A stretch of 58,190 nucleotides of DNA, counting the filler, from Sluysia triapertura (lineage: Eukaryota): NCBI GenBank assembly GCA_046118255.1. It is 5 parts of 5 records of this genome, joined end to end, with 100 filler letters (N's around TTAATTAATTAA, not from the genome) between each part and the next. Parts side by side here need not be neighbours in the genome. Positions count along the whole stretch, not along the records: positions 23,205 to 34,475 come from JBJNIA010186569.1; positions 34,576 to 45,879 come from JBJNIA010186179.1; 3 more parts are not named here. One strand, given 5' to 3'. Shown here in pieces: positions 27,538-41,662 of the stretch. The notes under the pieces are model-generated. The model made no database searches. It saw only the letters and a list, made by a program, of their open reading frames with translations, and had not been told where the DNA came from. A program made the position numbers and the translations under genes. Numbering within the stretch: the stretch's first letter is position 1; each line of letters starts with the position of its first letter.

Positions 27538-28689
27538 CTAGTACTCTCTTACGACACTCCCTCATAATTTTTTATCTTTTATTTTTATCTTTCCTTCTCT
27601 TTTTTCCCTAACAACTGCTGTGGTTTTTATATCTTAACCTTTCTAAAGCAGCAAAAGTTCGTCTACAATCACGGCGTATAAATGGCGTAGCTGTAGATAA
27701 TAATAATATTATTATTATTATAATTTAATATTTCAAAAAAGGATATTAAACATTAAAGAATTTGAAAATAAATTAGTTTTAAAAGATTAAATTATAAAAT
27801 TTGTTTTAAGAACTAAAACATAAACAAAATCCAAAACCGAGAATAAGGAAGTAAGAAATAATATAAATATTACAAATTTTTAGAACAAAACAACAACAAC
27901 TTGGAGAAAAAATCGATATTGTAGTTGGTAAAAACAGTTTTGGATTCAACTTTTGATCAATTTTGGAATTGGATTCTACACATAAACAGAATAACGATAA
28001 AATTCCAATCATAGGTAAATTTTTCTAGATAAGTTTAACATTCCTAATCTTAACGATAGAATAACAAAAATCTACGTAAAATATAATTATTTCATCTGGA
28101 TAGGTAAAAATCATTTTAAGACCGAATATAATTATTACATTATCTTGATATTGTGAACTCCAGCATTATAAATTTCATCTTTTTGTAATTAATAAAGATA
28201 TTAAAGGACGTTCCTTTTATTTTAACTTTAAAAAGCATTTTGTTGTAAATCAGACCGTAACAGGCTGGTTTAAATTATAAAATCCAGTTATAAATTCGTC
28301 ACACCGTAAAAAGGCTGACTTAACTTATTTTAATTTTTAATTTCTCTTATATTAATTGTAAAATAGTCATTAATCGTGAGGATAACTGTTTGGCAATTTG
28401 ATAAATATAGAGTGGATATACGTTTAAGATAAGCACCCCAAAAGGTCAACTGTCTTGAATATAAATATCAGCTACTTTTCTTTTGTGAAATTTTAATTAG
28501 ACCGTCGTCAAAATTTTCCTAAGTAGGTTTCTCTTAAGTTAAAACCTTCGTAAATCCAATGACGAAAATTGTTTATATTGAAGCAGTTATTAAAATGAAC
28601 AAAAGTTTTAATAAAATGTTATTGCTGTAGTTTTTTTATCCCCAGTTTTTTAACAACATTTAAATAATGGTGCTGTTTGAACAAAATAT

Positions 28690-28830
28690 ATGAATGTTAT
28701 CCAATATATGCTGACAACCCTTACAAATGTAAGCTGCAAACATCAAGATGATACAATCGACAAAAGTGGCTGCCTAAATATTATTTGGGCACAATCCAAT
28801 GCACCAATTACCACAACAATGTTCCAGTTC
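28690..28830 (-). mobile_element. Possible PIF/Harbinger transposase remnant
   Basis: VVVIGALDCAQIIFRQP resembles the Harbinger VIGAIDCTHI motif. Confidence 0.4.
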
Positions 28831-30764
28831 TATTGAAGAAATATTTTACTTGTTAATTCAAGCACGGTATTTTAATTTTTATTCTCATTTCTTTTTAGTC
28901 GATTTCTATTCTTATATTAATCTTTTTAAAGTCCTACCTACGAAAAGTTCAGGGATGTTCCAACATTTTATGTTTAATAAACTTGTAACATCTAATCGTT
29001 TAATTATAATACAATTAATGTTCATTTTGAATAAATGCTCTTTAGATTATTTTTGGTATTTAGTTTTACGTAAATTTAATTTTATTCGTATGTTTTTTAA
29101 AAGAAATGTCAACAAACGTATTCTATTAATTAATTTTTATTTAAAAACCATACCACCAAATAAACATTTAATGGGGCTATAAGAAAAAGGGGTAGTAACT
29201 TGTTTATTATTCATGATATTTTATTTAATATTGGTGTCGACATTTATTTGTTTGAGTTGTGTCATCCCTGGTGGTGATTTTTTAATATTAAAAGTTAATA
29301 ATAATAAAGAATGATTTGTTTTATTTATACAATGGATGTGTATTGTTATAAAAGAATCTTCATTGTATAATTGTGACTTTATTAAAGAATATATCGAGAT
29401 TCTGAATTTGTTTAATTATTGGTTATAATGTGGTAATTTAAAATAAAGTGTAAAACACACAACAATACCCTAATTCATAGTGGCTCTAATAAATATGTGG
29501 TCTTGTCGAACAGTCTTTGTATTTAATGCCTTTATTTATCTCGGGATCGGAATGGGATACAATTGAAGATAATGATTATTATTTTTATTTTATATAAGTG
29601 ACTTCTTTAAACTATGATTTTTTATTTATGACAAAAAAGTGCAACACCCCATCGAAAACTGATAAAGTATTTTGCGACGCCGGGCTCAAAAGCAAGCATG
29701 TATATAGCGTCGTCGTCATTAGAAAAATTAAACTTGCTATTTTTCTATTATTTCGATAGTTTATTTTTTAAAATTGTTCCTTGTTTATTTCTTCAAATAT
29801 AAAAAAGTAATATAATAATAATAATAGTAATAAATTAATAATAAATTAAGTTTAAAAGAACTTGAAAGAAAAATAATTTTGAAGTCCATAAAAATCGAAT
29901 ATTAAATTATAAATAAATATTAAATTTGAATATTAACAAAAGTTAATTTTAGTGATTTTGGCGAATTGAAGTTTGTAAAAATTGAATTATTTATCGATAA
30001 ATTATCTATAATTTTTGTTTTAACGAATATCAATAAAAACAAGATTGAACGGTAAACCATGACGTATGCAATATGCATTAAATTACAAATAAAATAATTC
30101 TGTGAATATTATTGACAAATTATTATTTAATATTACTTGTTCATAACAATCAAGGCATAGTAGATAAGCTATATTACTGACAATGATAAACAAAAATAGA
30201 ATTATTAAAACAATTTCGATTTTTATGTCACAAAATATTTTTTGATTTATTCAGCATTTATTACTGATAATAAAGTCGAACAATTTATGAAACATAATAA
30301 AATAAACGTAGTAAACGAATCAGACAAATAATAAACACTTTAATTCAAATCAATAGTAAAAACTACTTTGGGAAATATTGTTCTAACAACAGTAAAAAGA
30401 TAAAATATTGACATAATTGAGATATAATGTAAACACTAAACAAAACAATTTTATACAATTTAGTTTGCAAAATATCAAGCATCAAAAAAACAACTTACAC
30501 AACCAAAATAATCTAAATAAACATTTGAATTTTATTTTAATGGATTTTTGTCGAGAGACGTTTTACAAACTAATTCATTTTAGTAATCTAAAACAAGAAT
30601 AAAACGAAAATAATTTTATATAAATACAATAGTAAATTATTAGACTAAATTATTACACTAAAATTAAAAAGGATAAATGATTATCTGTGGAATCAGTTGT
30701 TTAACTTTCCTCTTCATTTTTAGCGTCTATGTATCACTTTTCTAAATGAAGAAAACATTATATC

Positions 30765-31054
30765 ATTTGAGAATTTTTTTACTGAATTTAGCACGAATAA
30801 TACAATATTAATTTAACTAACCCTACAGCAGATCGAGCACCTTCTGCAACATTCGATACACTTTCTTTAGCCCAATCTAATGCTGCGTGCATAGTATCTT
30901 GCACTTTCTCCAAAGGAGTTCTGTTTTCAGAGTTCAATAAGGAAGGATCTACAGTGCCGTCTTGGTAACTGTTCATATTGGGGTCAGCACCCGGACCTCC
31001 TGCATTCATAGGTTGATGGTATTGTTGCTGTTGCTGATTCATATTGGAATTCAT
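30765..31054 (-). CDS. Small orphan protein of about 83 aa with a Q/N/P-rich N-terminus and an amphipathic C-terminal helix
   Basis: ORF is clearly more GC-rich than its flanks and starts with ATG. A donor GTTAGT follows 30822, and a probable 40-nt intron leads to a short last exon (..SAVG|KKILK*). Alternative acceptors exist. Confidence 0.7.
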
Positions 31055-31234
31055 TATCCCGAATTTGAAAATTTTATTTTATTTTTCTACTCTCTAGTTT
31101 TGTTTAATTTTTAACACAAGCAATGATTACTGCAGAAATTGTTACAGTAAGAAGAGAAAAGTTGAGATGAGATGAAGATATAGAAATTCTCTGTCAAGAT
31201 TCTGTTGATACACACAAACAAACAATTTATGTTA

Positions 31235-31280
31235 CCTTGGCCAATTATTAAATACAACCAATCAGATTTAAGTTGGTTTG
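31235..31280. promoter_or_regulatory. CCAAT boxes in a probable bidirectional promoter
   Basis: GGCCAATTA and AACCAATCAG lie between two divergent genes. Confidence 0.4.
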
Positions 31281-31853
31281 TTTTTCGTTTCTGATTTCAA
31301 AATCAATAAATATTGTTTGTTTATAAAGTGTGTATCATTTGGGAATACCTTGAGAACAAACTTAAATTTCTTATTTCCTTTAGCCTATCTTTACAATTAT
31401 AATTAAATGTGTAGTAACTTTTATTTTAAAATTGATTAAATAATTGAGATTATTTTAAAGATTAGTTTAATTTGTTGCTAAATATAATAAAATTTTGTAA
31501 AAAAATTATAAACTATTTCTAACGTAAAGTTTGTTTAAGAAACAAACATATTTAACAATGTAAAATAAATTTCAAGTAATTTTATAATCATTATATAAAT
31601 AAAATAATTTTAATTACTATATGCAATCACATTAATTTTTATCATTCATGTTAATTTGAGAGAAATACAGTAAAATATATTGTCATTTGTTTTTTCGAAT
31701 CAAACTATATATTTTTTCATTTTTCTAGTTAGAATTAGTTATTTAAATTCACTTTACTATTTTTAGGTAGTTTTGTTACTAATTTTACTTTTATTGCGCT
31801 TAGATATTTAATTATATTATTTGTTATTTTAACGTGCTTTCAGAAATTGTATA

Positions 31854-32460
31854 ATGAGCAAATCCACCACAGAATGGGATGATGCCATGCACAAGTTTGG
31901 TATTATACCAAAAGAAGCTGAAATTACAGAAGAAGCTATTATAAGCATGATTGAAGAAAAAGTTGAAAAGTCACGCCAGTGTAAATTAGAAGAAAAAACT
32001 AATGAAGAATTAGACGAATTAGAAGATGATTTGAAAGATGATGAAGAGGAAAAAATAATTGCTAGAATTCGTGCACAAAGACTAGCAGAAATGAAACAAA
32101 AATTAAAAATGGATAAATTTGGTGATGTGATTGAAGTAACAAAATCGGATTGGAAAACGGAAATAAACGAAGCTGGTGATGGAGTTTGGGTAGTTGTATT
32201 TATTTACATGACTGGGTTAGAATTTATATTCATAATCAATTTTTTTTAAAGAAATATATTGTGCAATAAAGTTAATGATGCAATTATAAAATTGGCAGCT
32301 AAATTTAAAAATGTGAAATTTGTTAAAGGTGTTAGTGAATTATGTATACAAAATTATCCGGAAAGAAATGTTCCTACCATTATTTTATATAAAAATGGAG
32401 AAGTTATGCGCCAATGGATCGGTTCGGATGAATTTGTGCCAAATAAATTCAGTGTAGACT
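31854..32460 (+). CDS. PDCL3: Phosducin-like protein 3 / VIAF; exons 31854-32215 and 32252-32460; last exon uncertain
   Basis: TEWDDAMHKFGIIP, LDELEDD, R.QRLAEMK..KFGDVIEVTKSDWKTEINEAG..VWVV and LAAKF..VKFVK....CIQNYPERNVPTI; a 36-nt intron restores the frame. Confidence 0.9.
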
Positions 32461-32949
32461 GTTAGTTTTTTTGTTTATAAAGCTGAATTTTTTAAAGGCA
32501 ATATACAATACGAATGAAAATTCAATATTTGCGCATCATAAAAAGCAAAATAGTCCTAAAATTGGTATGTTCTTTCGATTTACAAATTGTTGCTATTCAT
32601 ATTGTTCACATTCTACATAAACTCTGACGTAATATTTACAGTCAGGTGATACACCAGGCTGTTGGGATAAGATTTTAGAGCACGATCAAACGTCAAATAA
32701 TAATTAATGATTTGTATCCTAACACTATGATCCATCAAACCTAATTTGTTTTAAAATGTTTCATAATAACATCAAACATGGTACAAATAGACTTGATTGA
32801 ATTGCATTAAGTTTCTCTGTTAAAACATTGATTCATTTCTGCATAGAATTAAATGATCCGAATTTAAAAACTTTTACGATGTACGAAAAGCAACTTCTCA
32901 ATTTGTATAATTTGATTTATAAATAAAACATCAAATAAATTTAATCCTA

Positions 32950-33130
32950 AATTTAGAAATATTAATTCATATATCTTACTCATATTTTGCATGTAAAACA
33001 GATATTTTGTTTTGTTTTTGTAATATCTTAATTGGCATCTTTTTCGCACACTTGTTGATGCTTCTTCTACATTGTGTTCTTTTTCTTGTGCATGTTGAAA
33101 ATATTCAGCAAATTCTTTAGCGCTACTGTA
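32950..33130 (-). mobile_element. piggyBac transposase C-terminal remnant
   Basis: AKEFAEYF...STSVRKRCQLRYYKNKTK resembles a decayed piggyBac cysteine-rich tail (RKRCQ..C..NKT). Confidence 0.5.
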
Positions 33131-33226
33131 TAATCAGATGGTTTCAGGTATATTCTTTTACGCAATAAAACTACAGTTTCAATTTTAATTTAAAACTTAT
33201 TTGAATGTAAAATGTACGTAAAATGT

Positions 33227-34090
33227 TTAATTTTTCAAAACAACTACACACAATGAATACAAAATTGTTTGATTTAATGTAAAATGTATTTTATTAAATG
33301 CACGAAACGATGTTGACGTAGGCATTTTATTGTTTTTATAATTACGTGGATTACAATTGTTCCAGAAAACACTAAAAACATGATCCACACAGCGCAACGA
33401 ATTCTGTACAATATGTGAAATTCCTTGTTTCAATGAAACAGACCTAATATGTCCAAGGTTTCGCGGGACCGTTGGAAAAGTCCGTAATGCCATACTTCAA
33501 TATAATTTGTAGTCTATTATGGTTCCTCATCGAAATATAATAGAATTTGATCGATTTGATCATTATATTCATTGAAATCCTTCTAGAACTTTTACTGGTA
33601 ATAAACTGATAAAAAACGATAACATTTTAGAGCTTATTGCAAATGATTGACTATAATCCACTCATCTATTTTAACAGAAAGGCGAGCGATAGATGGAAAA
33701 TCATCCAACATCGATATTTCCGAATACTTTAATTGATGCACTTTCATAGCCAGTCATGGTTTTTCGTGGTCGGGCTTGGGTAATTTTCTCTAGCAGCGTA
33801 ATTGACGTCTTCCAGGTGCAATAAGTACAGGAACCATGAATAGTCCAGTTTGTATACATCTCTGATATTTCAAAATTTATATTCGGATTTATCGGAACTT
33901 CCTCGTTTGTCTTAGTTTTATTCCATCTGATAACTGAACGAGTCGTTGTCCCTGGATTTGACATGGCAATTTTCACTTGGTTGGTAAGTTCCTGAACTAT
34001 GGCTTCGAAAATCTTGTTTGTACACTCAAATAATTTATAAATAATAATTTTACCACTTTTATTACTAACACTATTTTCAAAATTTATCAT
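33227..34090 (-). mobile_element. MULE (Mutator-like) transposase remnant
   Basis: VPINPNINFEISEMYT and RPRKTMTGYESASIKVF resemble the MULE P..IMTDFE.A.I.AF motif; many stops. Confidence 0.6.
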
Positions 34091-34475
34091 GGTATAATTA
34101 ATTTTTAATATCGAAATACAATTGTGGTTATAGCAGCGCGAAAAGTAAATCTATTTTAGGAAAAAAATAGTATCGAAATTTGTAGCGTAACAAAACAAGA
34201 AATGAAAATTAGGTACACTTTGCTTTAAATATTCATGTGTGATTTTTGAGTTTTGGGAATGAAATCACTTATCAGAATTCATCACACTTCATCACATAAA
34301 AACACTTCTATGGGGTTTATAGATATATTAACTCTATATTTTAATGTTTTATGGAGAATGAGAACCATGGAAAAGTTTGAGGGCGTAAAGATCTGCAAAT
34401 GAAGATAGATGTGGCTGAGTAGAACACCTACCGGAAGACGTAATTTAAAATTATGGTCGAGTAGAGTATCGCCTT

Positions 34476-34575
34476 NNNNNNNNNNNNNNNNNNNNNNNNN
34501 NNNNNNNNNNNNNNNNNNNTTAATTAATTAANNNNNNNNNNNNNNNNNNNNNNNNNNNNNNNNNNNNNNNNNNNN
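34476..34575. other. Assembly spacer
   Basis: Same 100-nt spacer. Confidence 0.98.
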
Positions 34576-35409
34576 GTATTTGGGAAACCGTCATTCTGAC
34601 TGCTTATGGTAGAACTAGGTATATCAAATATGTTGGTAAATCTAGTGTTAAATTGTACTTAATATCATCTTTCAATATTTTATTTAATTCACAATCTATT
34701 TAACAAATAACTTAACAAGATCTTGATGTGAATTTAAGACAAATACTTTTATTGAAAATAAAGCATGCATTTTAATAAATATTAAGTAATACATTTATAA
34801 TATATGAAAGAAATTTATCTATTTTAAACAATAGTATTTATATAAGTAAATATTAAAACACATAAATAATTTAGAAATAAATATTATGAGAATTGTAAAT
34901 AAATTTCCATAAAACAATAGATAGATACAATATTTACGTAAATTATTGTTAGAAAGTTTAATACAATAGATTGAAAATAACTTAGATAAATTATGCTACT
35001 GACAAATAAATTGACTTTTCTTAGTAATCACAAATTTAAAAATTGTAAAATAAAACAAAACTAATCTCATTATGTATCTCGGAAAATGAATCCAGCTTCA
35101 ATCATATGTAAAACAATAGAATAATATCAAGTGATAACACAATTTTTACTGTAACAAATAGTTTAATTTATATTGAATCGACACATTTTATAAATGAATT
35201 ATTTCTTTATTATACAGATAAAATATAATTTAAGTTTGTATTGAAGTTGCTTACAATATTTTAGTTATATATTTAAGTACTAAAATAACAATTTAAATGC
35301 ATATTTAAATAGGTTTTTTTCAAAGTTGTTGGTAAAATATTAGAAATAAAATTTCTTACTTATTTTAAATTGTTAAAATTAAAATTATTGATTTGTTTTC
35401 TAACTTAAA

Positions 35410-35449
35410 TAATTACTACGTTAATTATTACGTTAATTATTACGTTAAG

Positions 35450-35502
<53 letters not shown>
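35410..35502. repeat. Three copies of a 12-bp tandem unit (TAATTATTACGT) followed by (AAT)n
   Basis: Directly visible. Confidence 0.9.
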
Positions 35503-36893
35503 CTAAAATATTTTCAAACAATCATTAATTCTGCCGATTTGTACTTAAAATGTTATAAATATAATTTGTATTTTTGCGTATAAGTGACACAAAAGTAAAA
35601 TAAATATAAGAATGATAATAATAATAATAGTAATAATAATAATTATTATTTTTTTTATTATTATTATCAGGAAGTAAAACCTTGGTATTTTATTAATCCT
35701 TAGCTTACATAGTCTAATTCGGTTTGCATTTCGTTTATTGTTAAAAGCATATTTTCGTTTGTACAGTAGATTGATTTCAGTGTTTTTCATATAAAAACAA
35801 TTTTTATTATTAATTATTTAATTAATGTATGAAATTTAAAAAACTTATATATTATTTCATATTTTTGTATGTAAAATATGATATGCATTTAAAAATCAAA
35901 TATGCTGTGGTTTTCTTAAATCTAAACCTACGGCAAAATAATAACTTGAGCAAGGTCTGGCTAGAGTGAACGACGTACAACGTGTAGTCGGCGTTCCTGT
36001 TGGATCTTTAATCAAATTTTCTCAAAATATAAGTTAGAATTTTCCCCTCATTCTCTCGGGGTTCTTACAGAATAATAATAAAATTTAAATTTAAGTGCAT
36101 TTTAATATTTTGTTTATTAAAATCAAAATAGCCTTAACAATAAAAAGATTTACTCTTGTATGTACTGAGAAAAAATTGGAAAAAGAAGAAAATCAGAAAG
36201 AATCGTCAGAATACAATTGAATTAAAGCAAAATAATTAGGAATTCCAAACTTCAAAATGGAGAAATAAAGGGAATTATGTTGAAAGTTGTGGCAAATGAC
36301 TAAAGTGTTCTTTATGATTAGCTGTAGCAATTTACATAAATTCACAGCCAATCATATGCTAGAAGATTCTATTTTTAGTAAGGAATTTTCTTTTTTAGAA
36401 AATAAGATATCTTTTTAAGAAAATGACTTTCTTTTAAGTAATTTAGTGATTTAGTTATTTTTCTATATTAAGTTTAATGATTTAAATGTTTGTGATGACA
36501 ACCTAAAAAATATATTCATTTAAATTATAATTATTAAATTATGTAATGAAAAAAGTGACTTAATAATACTCATTAAAACATTTTTTAATAAATAATTATT
36601 TATTATACATTGTGTTATGCATTATCTTACTTCTAATAATTATAGGAAAATATAAAAGACAAAGTAATAATAATTATTTCGTGTAAAATAAAAATTTATA
36701 TACAGAAAACTTTAACTAATTATACTTTAATTGTTATTTATAGTTTATATTTCTTGAGAAACAGACATAACTTAAACATATAATCGTTAAAACGATTTTA
36801 TTTTATTTTAATACAAACTAGCAAAGCAACAATATTTGTACACATTATAATTCAGTAAAAAATAATTATTAATTAAATATATTTGTAATAATT

Positions 36894-36895
<2 letters not shown>

Positions 36896-36951
<56 letters not shown>
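36896..36951. repeat. (AAT)n microsatellite
   Basis: Directly visible. Confidence 0.95.
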
Positions 36952-36953
<2 letters not shown>

Positions 36954-39900
36954 GCTCTTATAATAAAAATTTATTAAATTATAAATTTAAATATGCTTTA
37001 TATATTCCAATAAATTGATTGTGTAGTTTTTGAATAGTAATAAATATTTTTCATAAATTAAATAATCATTTTTAAGATGAAAATCAAATTGTGTAAAAAT
37101 GAAAAAGTAACGATATAAACTAATTTATTATTTATCACAAATAATTTATGCATTACTTAGTTTAGTATCAAAATGTTTTATTGATAATACTCACCAACGA
37201 TTTATATAGGCACAAAGCTTTTTTGTTTATAAATGTTTATAAAATGAATAATATAAAATGAAGGAAATTCTCAAATATGTATTCCAACATTTTATGATTT
37301 ACCAGTGATTATTTATTCAATCTACTTATTCTTTCTCATTTTTTGATTTGTAGTTACATTTTAATTGTGGTTAAAATGAAACTAGATTGTATATACTATA
37401 AATAAATGGTACACTTATGAATAAACGTTAAATATTTTGTATTTTTATTTTAAACAATAAAAATGCAAGAGAGAAATTATCTGGTGAAATCTTCATTCAA
37501 AAGTTTATAAAAATTTGTAATCACAAAATTTTTGTTGTCCATTTTAATGTTTTTATATCACATATTTATACTATGAGTTTGACCTTGAAGGTCGAAACTA
37601 ATTTCTTTATTAAAAATGATTATTTTAAATTATATTCACTTTTAAATTTAAATATTCATTTAAAAATCTCAATAAAATAATAATTTCTTTAAAAAATTAA
37701 ATCAAAATTAATTCTTAGTTCTAAAAATTAATCAATGATTATTAATCAAAATAAAATAGATTTATACATAGTTTATACTAAATAATCAATAGAAATTCTA
37801 TTTATAGACAATATTTACAATATATTTTTAGGTACTAATATATATATATATATTTGTGAAATAATGTCCAATAATAATATTGATATGTAAGAATAATAAT
37901 AATTATAATAATAATAAAAATAGACTGATAATATAATAATATGGAATTAAATGTGTAATATATGTCTAATTTAATTCCACACACTTTACATTGGCTATTA
38001 GTTGTATAATATTAATAGAATAATGAATAACTAAAATAAGTTAGTATATACTGAATGTATAACTCTGTGTAGGGAAGTTAATCAGCTAAATAACAGAAAT
38101 TAACTAGTTAATAAATTAGCAGAAAAATCATAATGTAAGGAATGTTTCTCAATGTAATGCGATGATTAAAAAAATTGTTATTTGACTAATATTGGTCGAC
38201 AAAAAATGATACATTGGAATTGCTAAATGATTTTACACTTCATTGGAAGCTGACATACATGGATGCCGATTTAGATTTGGTAATATTTTTTTATTACAAT
38301 CCATCTTATTACTTAGGAAATACCTGCAACTATAGTTGATAATCTTTTCTTTGTTTTCATTGATTTTGTGCAGAATAATTTGTCAGAAGAAAAAATCGAA
38401 TTGATTAATATTGTGTTTCTGAATCAAAACAGCATCGAACAATATTAACTCTCGTTTGTGGCTTCATATTTAATAGCAGAATTTAAGTGGTGCTGTTTTA
38501 ATGGAAGTGCATGTCGATTATTCATGGAATTTAATAAAGCACCAATTTAATAATAGAATATATGATAATTATGTATTGACATTTATGATGAGGCCTAGTG
38601 CTACTTATTATGAAATTATGATTCTTTAGTGCAGCAATAAATAAAGCACAATTCTAAATCAAAATGATATATCAATACATCTTTGAGATCTTTATGTCAA
38701 TATATCAAGCCAAAGAATCATAGAAAATGCGAACTGATTTACAAAAGACGGATCTTATTAATGTGTAAACTTCACATTGATGAATAGTTGCAAAATCTTC
38801 GAATAAAACTGAGATTTACTTATTACTTTGTTAACTGCAACTTTTTTGGATTCTCCATTATATGCATTCAATACATTACACTATGCATCACTCGCTATGA
38901 AGTAACTAATTTGAAATTCTTAGTTTATAAGGTTGAAATAAATTTTTTATTACATATATATATATACGCAATTTTGTTTTATTTTCGATATATATTCATA
39001 TCTATGCTTGTATTTCAATATTTCATAAATTTTACATTCAAAATATAAATGATTCGGAATTTAACGACACCTTTATTCCAAAAATGATATAGATAAGACA
39101 ATAAAAATATTGACTAAAAGTAAAAACGTACCTTCTAAAAGTAAAGGTTCACAATTACCGACTGTAATTAAATAAATGAGAAGTTTGAGGTAAAATACAC
39201 ATTTTTTGAATTTAGAGTATAACTTTCTTAATATCTTAGCTTCAATATCAACATGTTCTAAACAATGAATAAAGTTATCTTAAAAATTGCATAAGAATCT
39301 TTTATAGTATGTTATTATTAAAATCGTTAAATCATTAACTTCGGTTAATATTCGAATAAGAGATTCGATATTATAAATTATGTTAGCAGTACGTACAGTG
39401 AAACATAAATTAATTTCTGATTGAGTTAAGATTTTTATTTTGTATCTTCGTTCCTCAATATCTTTATATTTAAATTTAGCAGAAATAAATTTCGAATTAT
39501 TTTGCAAACTTTTCATATAACCGAAGTATTGAATTTCTGAATTCTCTTTCAGCAGTAGCATTAGTTCTTATCGTCATTTTAATTGTGCAAATCACAATTT
39601 TATGCATAAAAATTTCGCAGAAATCTAAAAGTGACTTTGAATGTCATTGTAATTTAATTTCTATAACAACATAATAGCAATAATACTTAAAAATAAAATG
39701 TAATAATAATTTTAAAATAATAACAATAATAAAATGACATAATTTAATAAAACATTTTACGAAATATTCAGAATAATATATTTTATAGTGAATATAAAGC
39801 CGCTATTAAAATATTTTTAAATGGTTATTTTGAAGTAAAATATTAACGATGATTAAATTATAAAAATAATGACTGAAAAATAATAAAGTAATATTGTATT

Positions 39901-41409
39901 GGAGGTTTAGAATAACTATGAAGAATTTGATAAAGTGTGAAAGCTGTTATGTAATAATTGTTGTCAAATATGATTTTGTAACTGTTTTATTTATGTCTAT
40001 TTTAAAAGTGATTCAACGAATTATTAACAATTACAATTATTAAAATGAAATATTTTCCACGAAATTTTGATATTTTTATTTATATGTATCATGTAATAAA
40101 TCAAACTAACTTTAAATATTTAATTAACAAACATGTCTGGTATTTGTTAGTAATCATTACTTTAAAATATTTAAAGATTATTAATGAATTATATTCGACT
40201 TTTATTTCCAACGACGAAAGTTACTGTTTTAATAGTAAATATTTTAATATATTCTTCTATTTAGATAATTTTAAAAAATATGCAATTAACTAAGACCGAC
40301 CTAAAATAATATGAAAACAATTTCTTCTATAAATAACATAACCTTTTAACTGCCTTTTATAAATAATTTTTATAACTAAATACATAAAAAATATTTAAAA
40401 TTGAAATTATTTAGTTTATGATTTTTGCAAAAAAATATAAATAATTTATTATGATAACTAAAATTCTTATTAAATTATTTATTTTAAAGTACATAAATCT
40501 AATTTATAAGAAAATCTCAATTGATTATAAATTATTTATAGATAAATGAATTGATTAAATTTAAAAAAAAACAAAATAAAACATTTAAATAAAATTAATA
40601 ATAAATTATAATCGTATATTTTAAAACACAAAAAAAGAAGTTTAAGTTAAACGAAAAAATTTTAATTCTACAATTTAGATTTGTCGAAAATATTAATTAT
40701 TATACAATTTATTTAAGATTTTTCCAAATTGGGACTTGCACTACAAGGACAAAATATTACGTAGACTTAATTAAAATTTAAGAAAATCAAAACGATACTT
40801 TTATAATTAGAAAAGTATTTCATTATTTCTACGTTTCTAAATTAAGATGAACAAAATTACTTTCTAATGAATTTGCCTTATTCATTGAATTATATTTATA
40901 GTTTATCAAAAATGAGAAATTAATTTTTTTGACAAATTTAATCGATAAAATTATTATGATCCATTTGAATAACTTTCTCTTATCTCGGAAGTAACTTTTC
41001 CATTCCATTACTGTAAAACTATTTTCGATTTGGAGCTGAGATATATGATCAATACATACCAGTTGTTGTGCATAAAGTTACTGTCTTTTATCTCCTTTAA
41101 TAGTTCAGGCTCAATCTTGATAGAATAAAATTGCATTTTAGTTTGTTTTCAAGTAGTTTTTAATAATTTAAAACAGTTTCTTTGTTATGTTCATACTTAA
41201 AAGTTTGATATTTGATTCAACGAGTGTTTCCAGAGCATAATTTTTCCGTTTTTAAGGACAGCTAAATTTAGATCTATTCTGTAAATCGCAGTTATGCGAC
41301 ATAAATTTCTGTTCTAAGAATTAAAAAATCAAGATATATTTTTGACATTTTATTAAAATCTTCATTAACTTCGGAAGCGTCCTAAGGAAGAAAGGGAAAG
41401 CATCATTAA

Positions 41410-41662
41410 CCCTTTCAGCCCCGGGACCGCTATATGGCGTCAATGGCGATTTTTTCTCTTATACAACTGCTATATCAAATTTTTATTAACTTTTTATAAA
41501 CTTTTTCATAACTTTTCAATAGATATTTATGTTTGAACTTTGAGCTATATATTTTTACTTCGCGTCAATATTTACAATTTTCATACATTTTTCCTAAATC
41601 ATCATCTATAAAGACAATAAATCACCATATATCTTAAGGAAAAAAATTCGGGGCTGAAAGGG
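41410..41662. mobile_element. piggyBac-family MITE (253 bp)
   Basis: Perfect 14-bp TIRs CCCTTTCAGCCCCG / CGGGGCTGAAAGGG with TTAA target duplications at 41406-41409 and 41663-41666. Confidence 0.92.

Noticed and set aside
35410-35448. Short direct repeats as a CRISPR array
   Set aside because: They are tandem 12-mers with no spacers, in a eukaryotic context with no cas genes.
38130-39561. Coding-like patches in the AT-rich fourth contig
   Set aside because: Stops occur in all frames, and I found no recognisable motif or consistent splice model.
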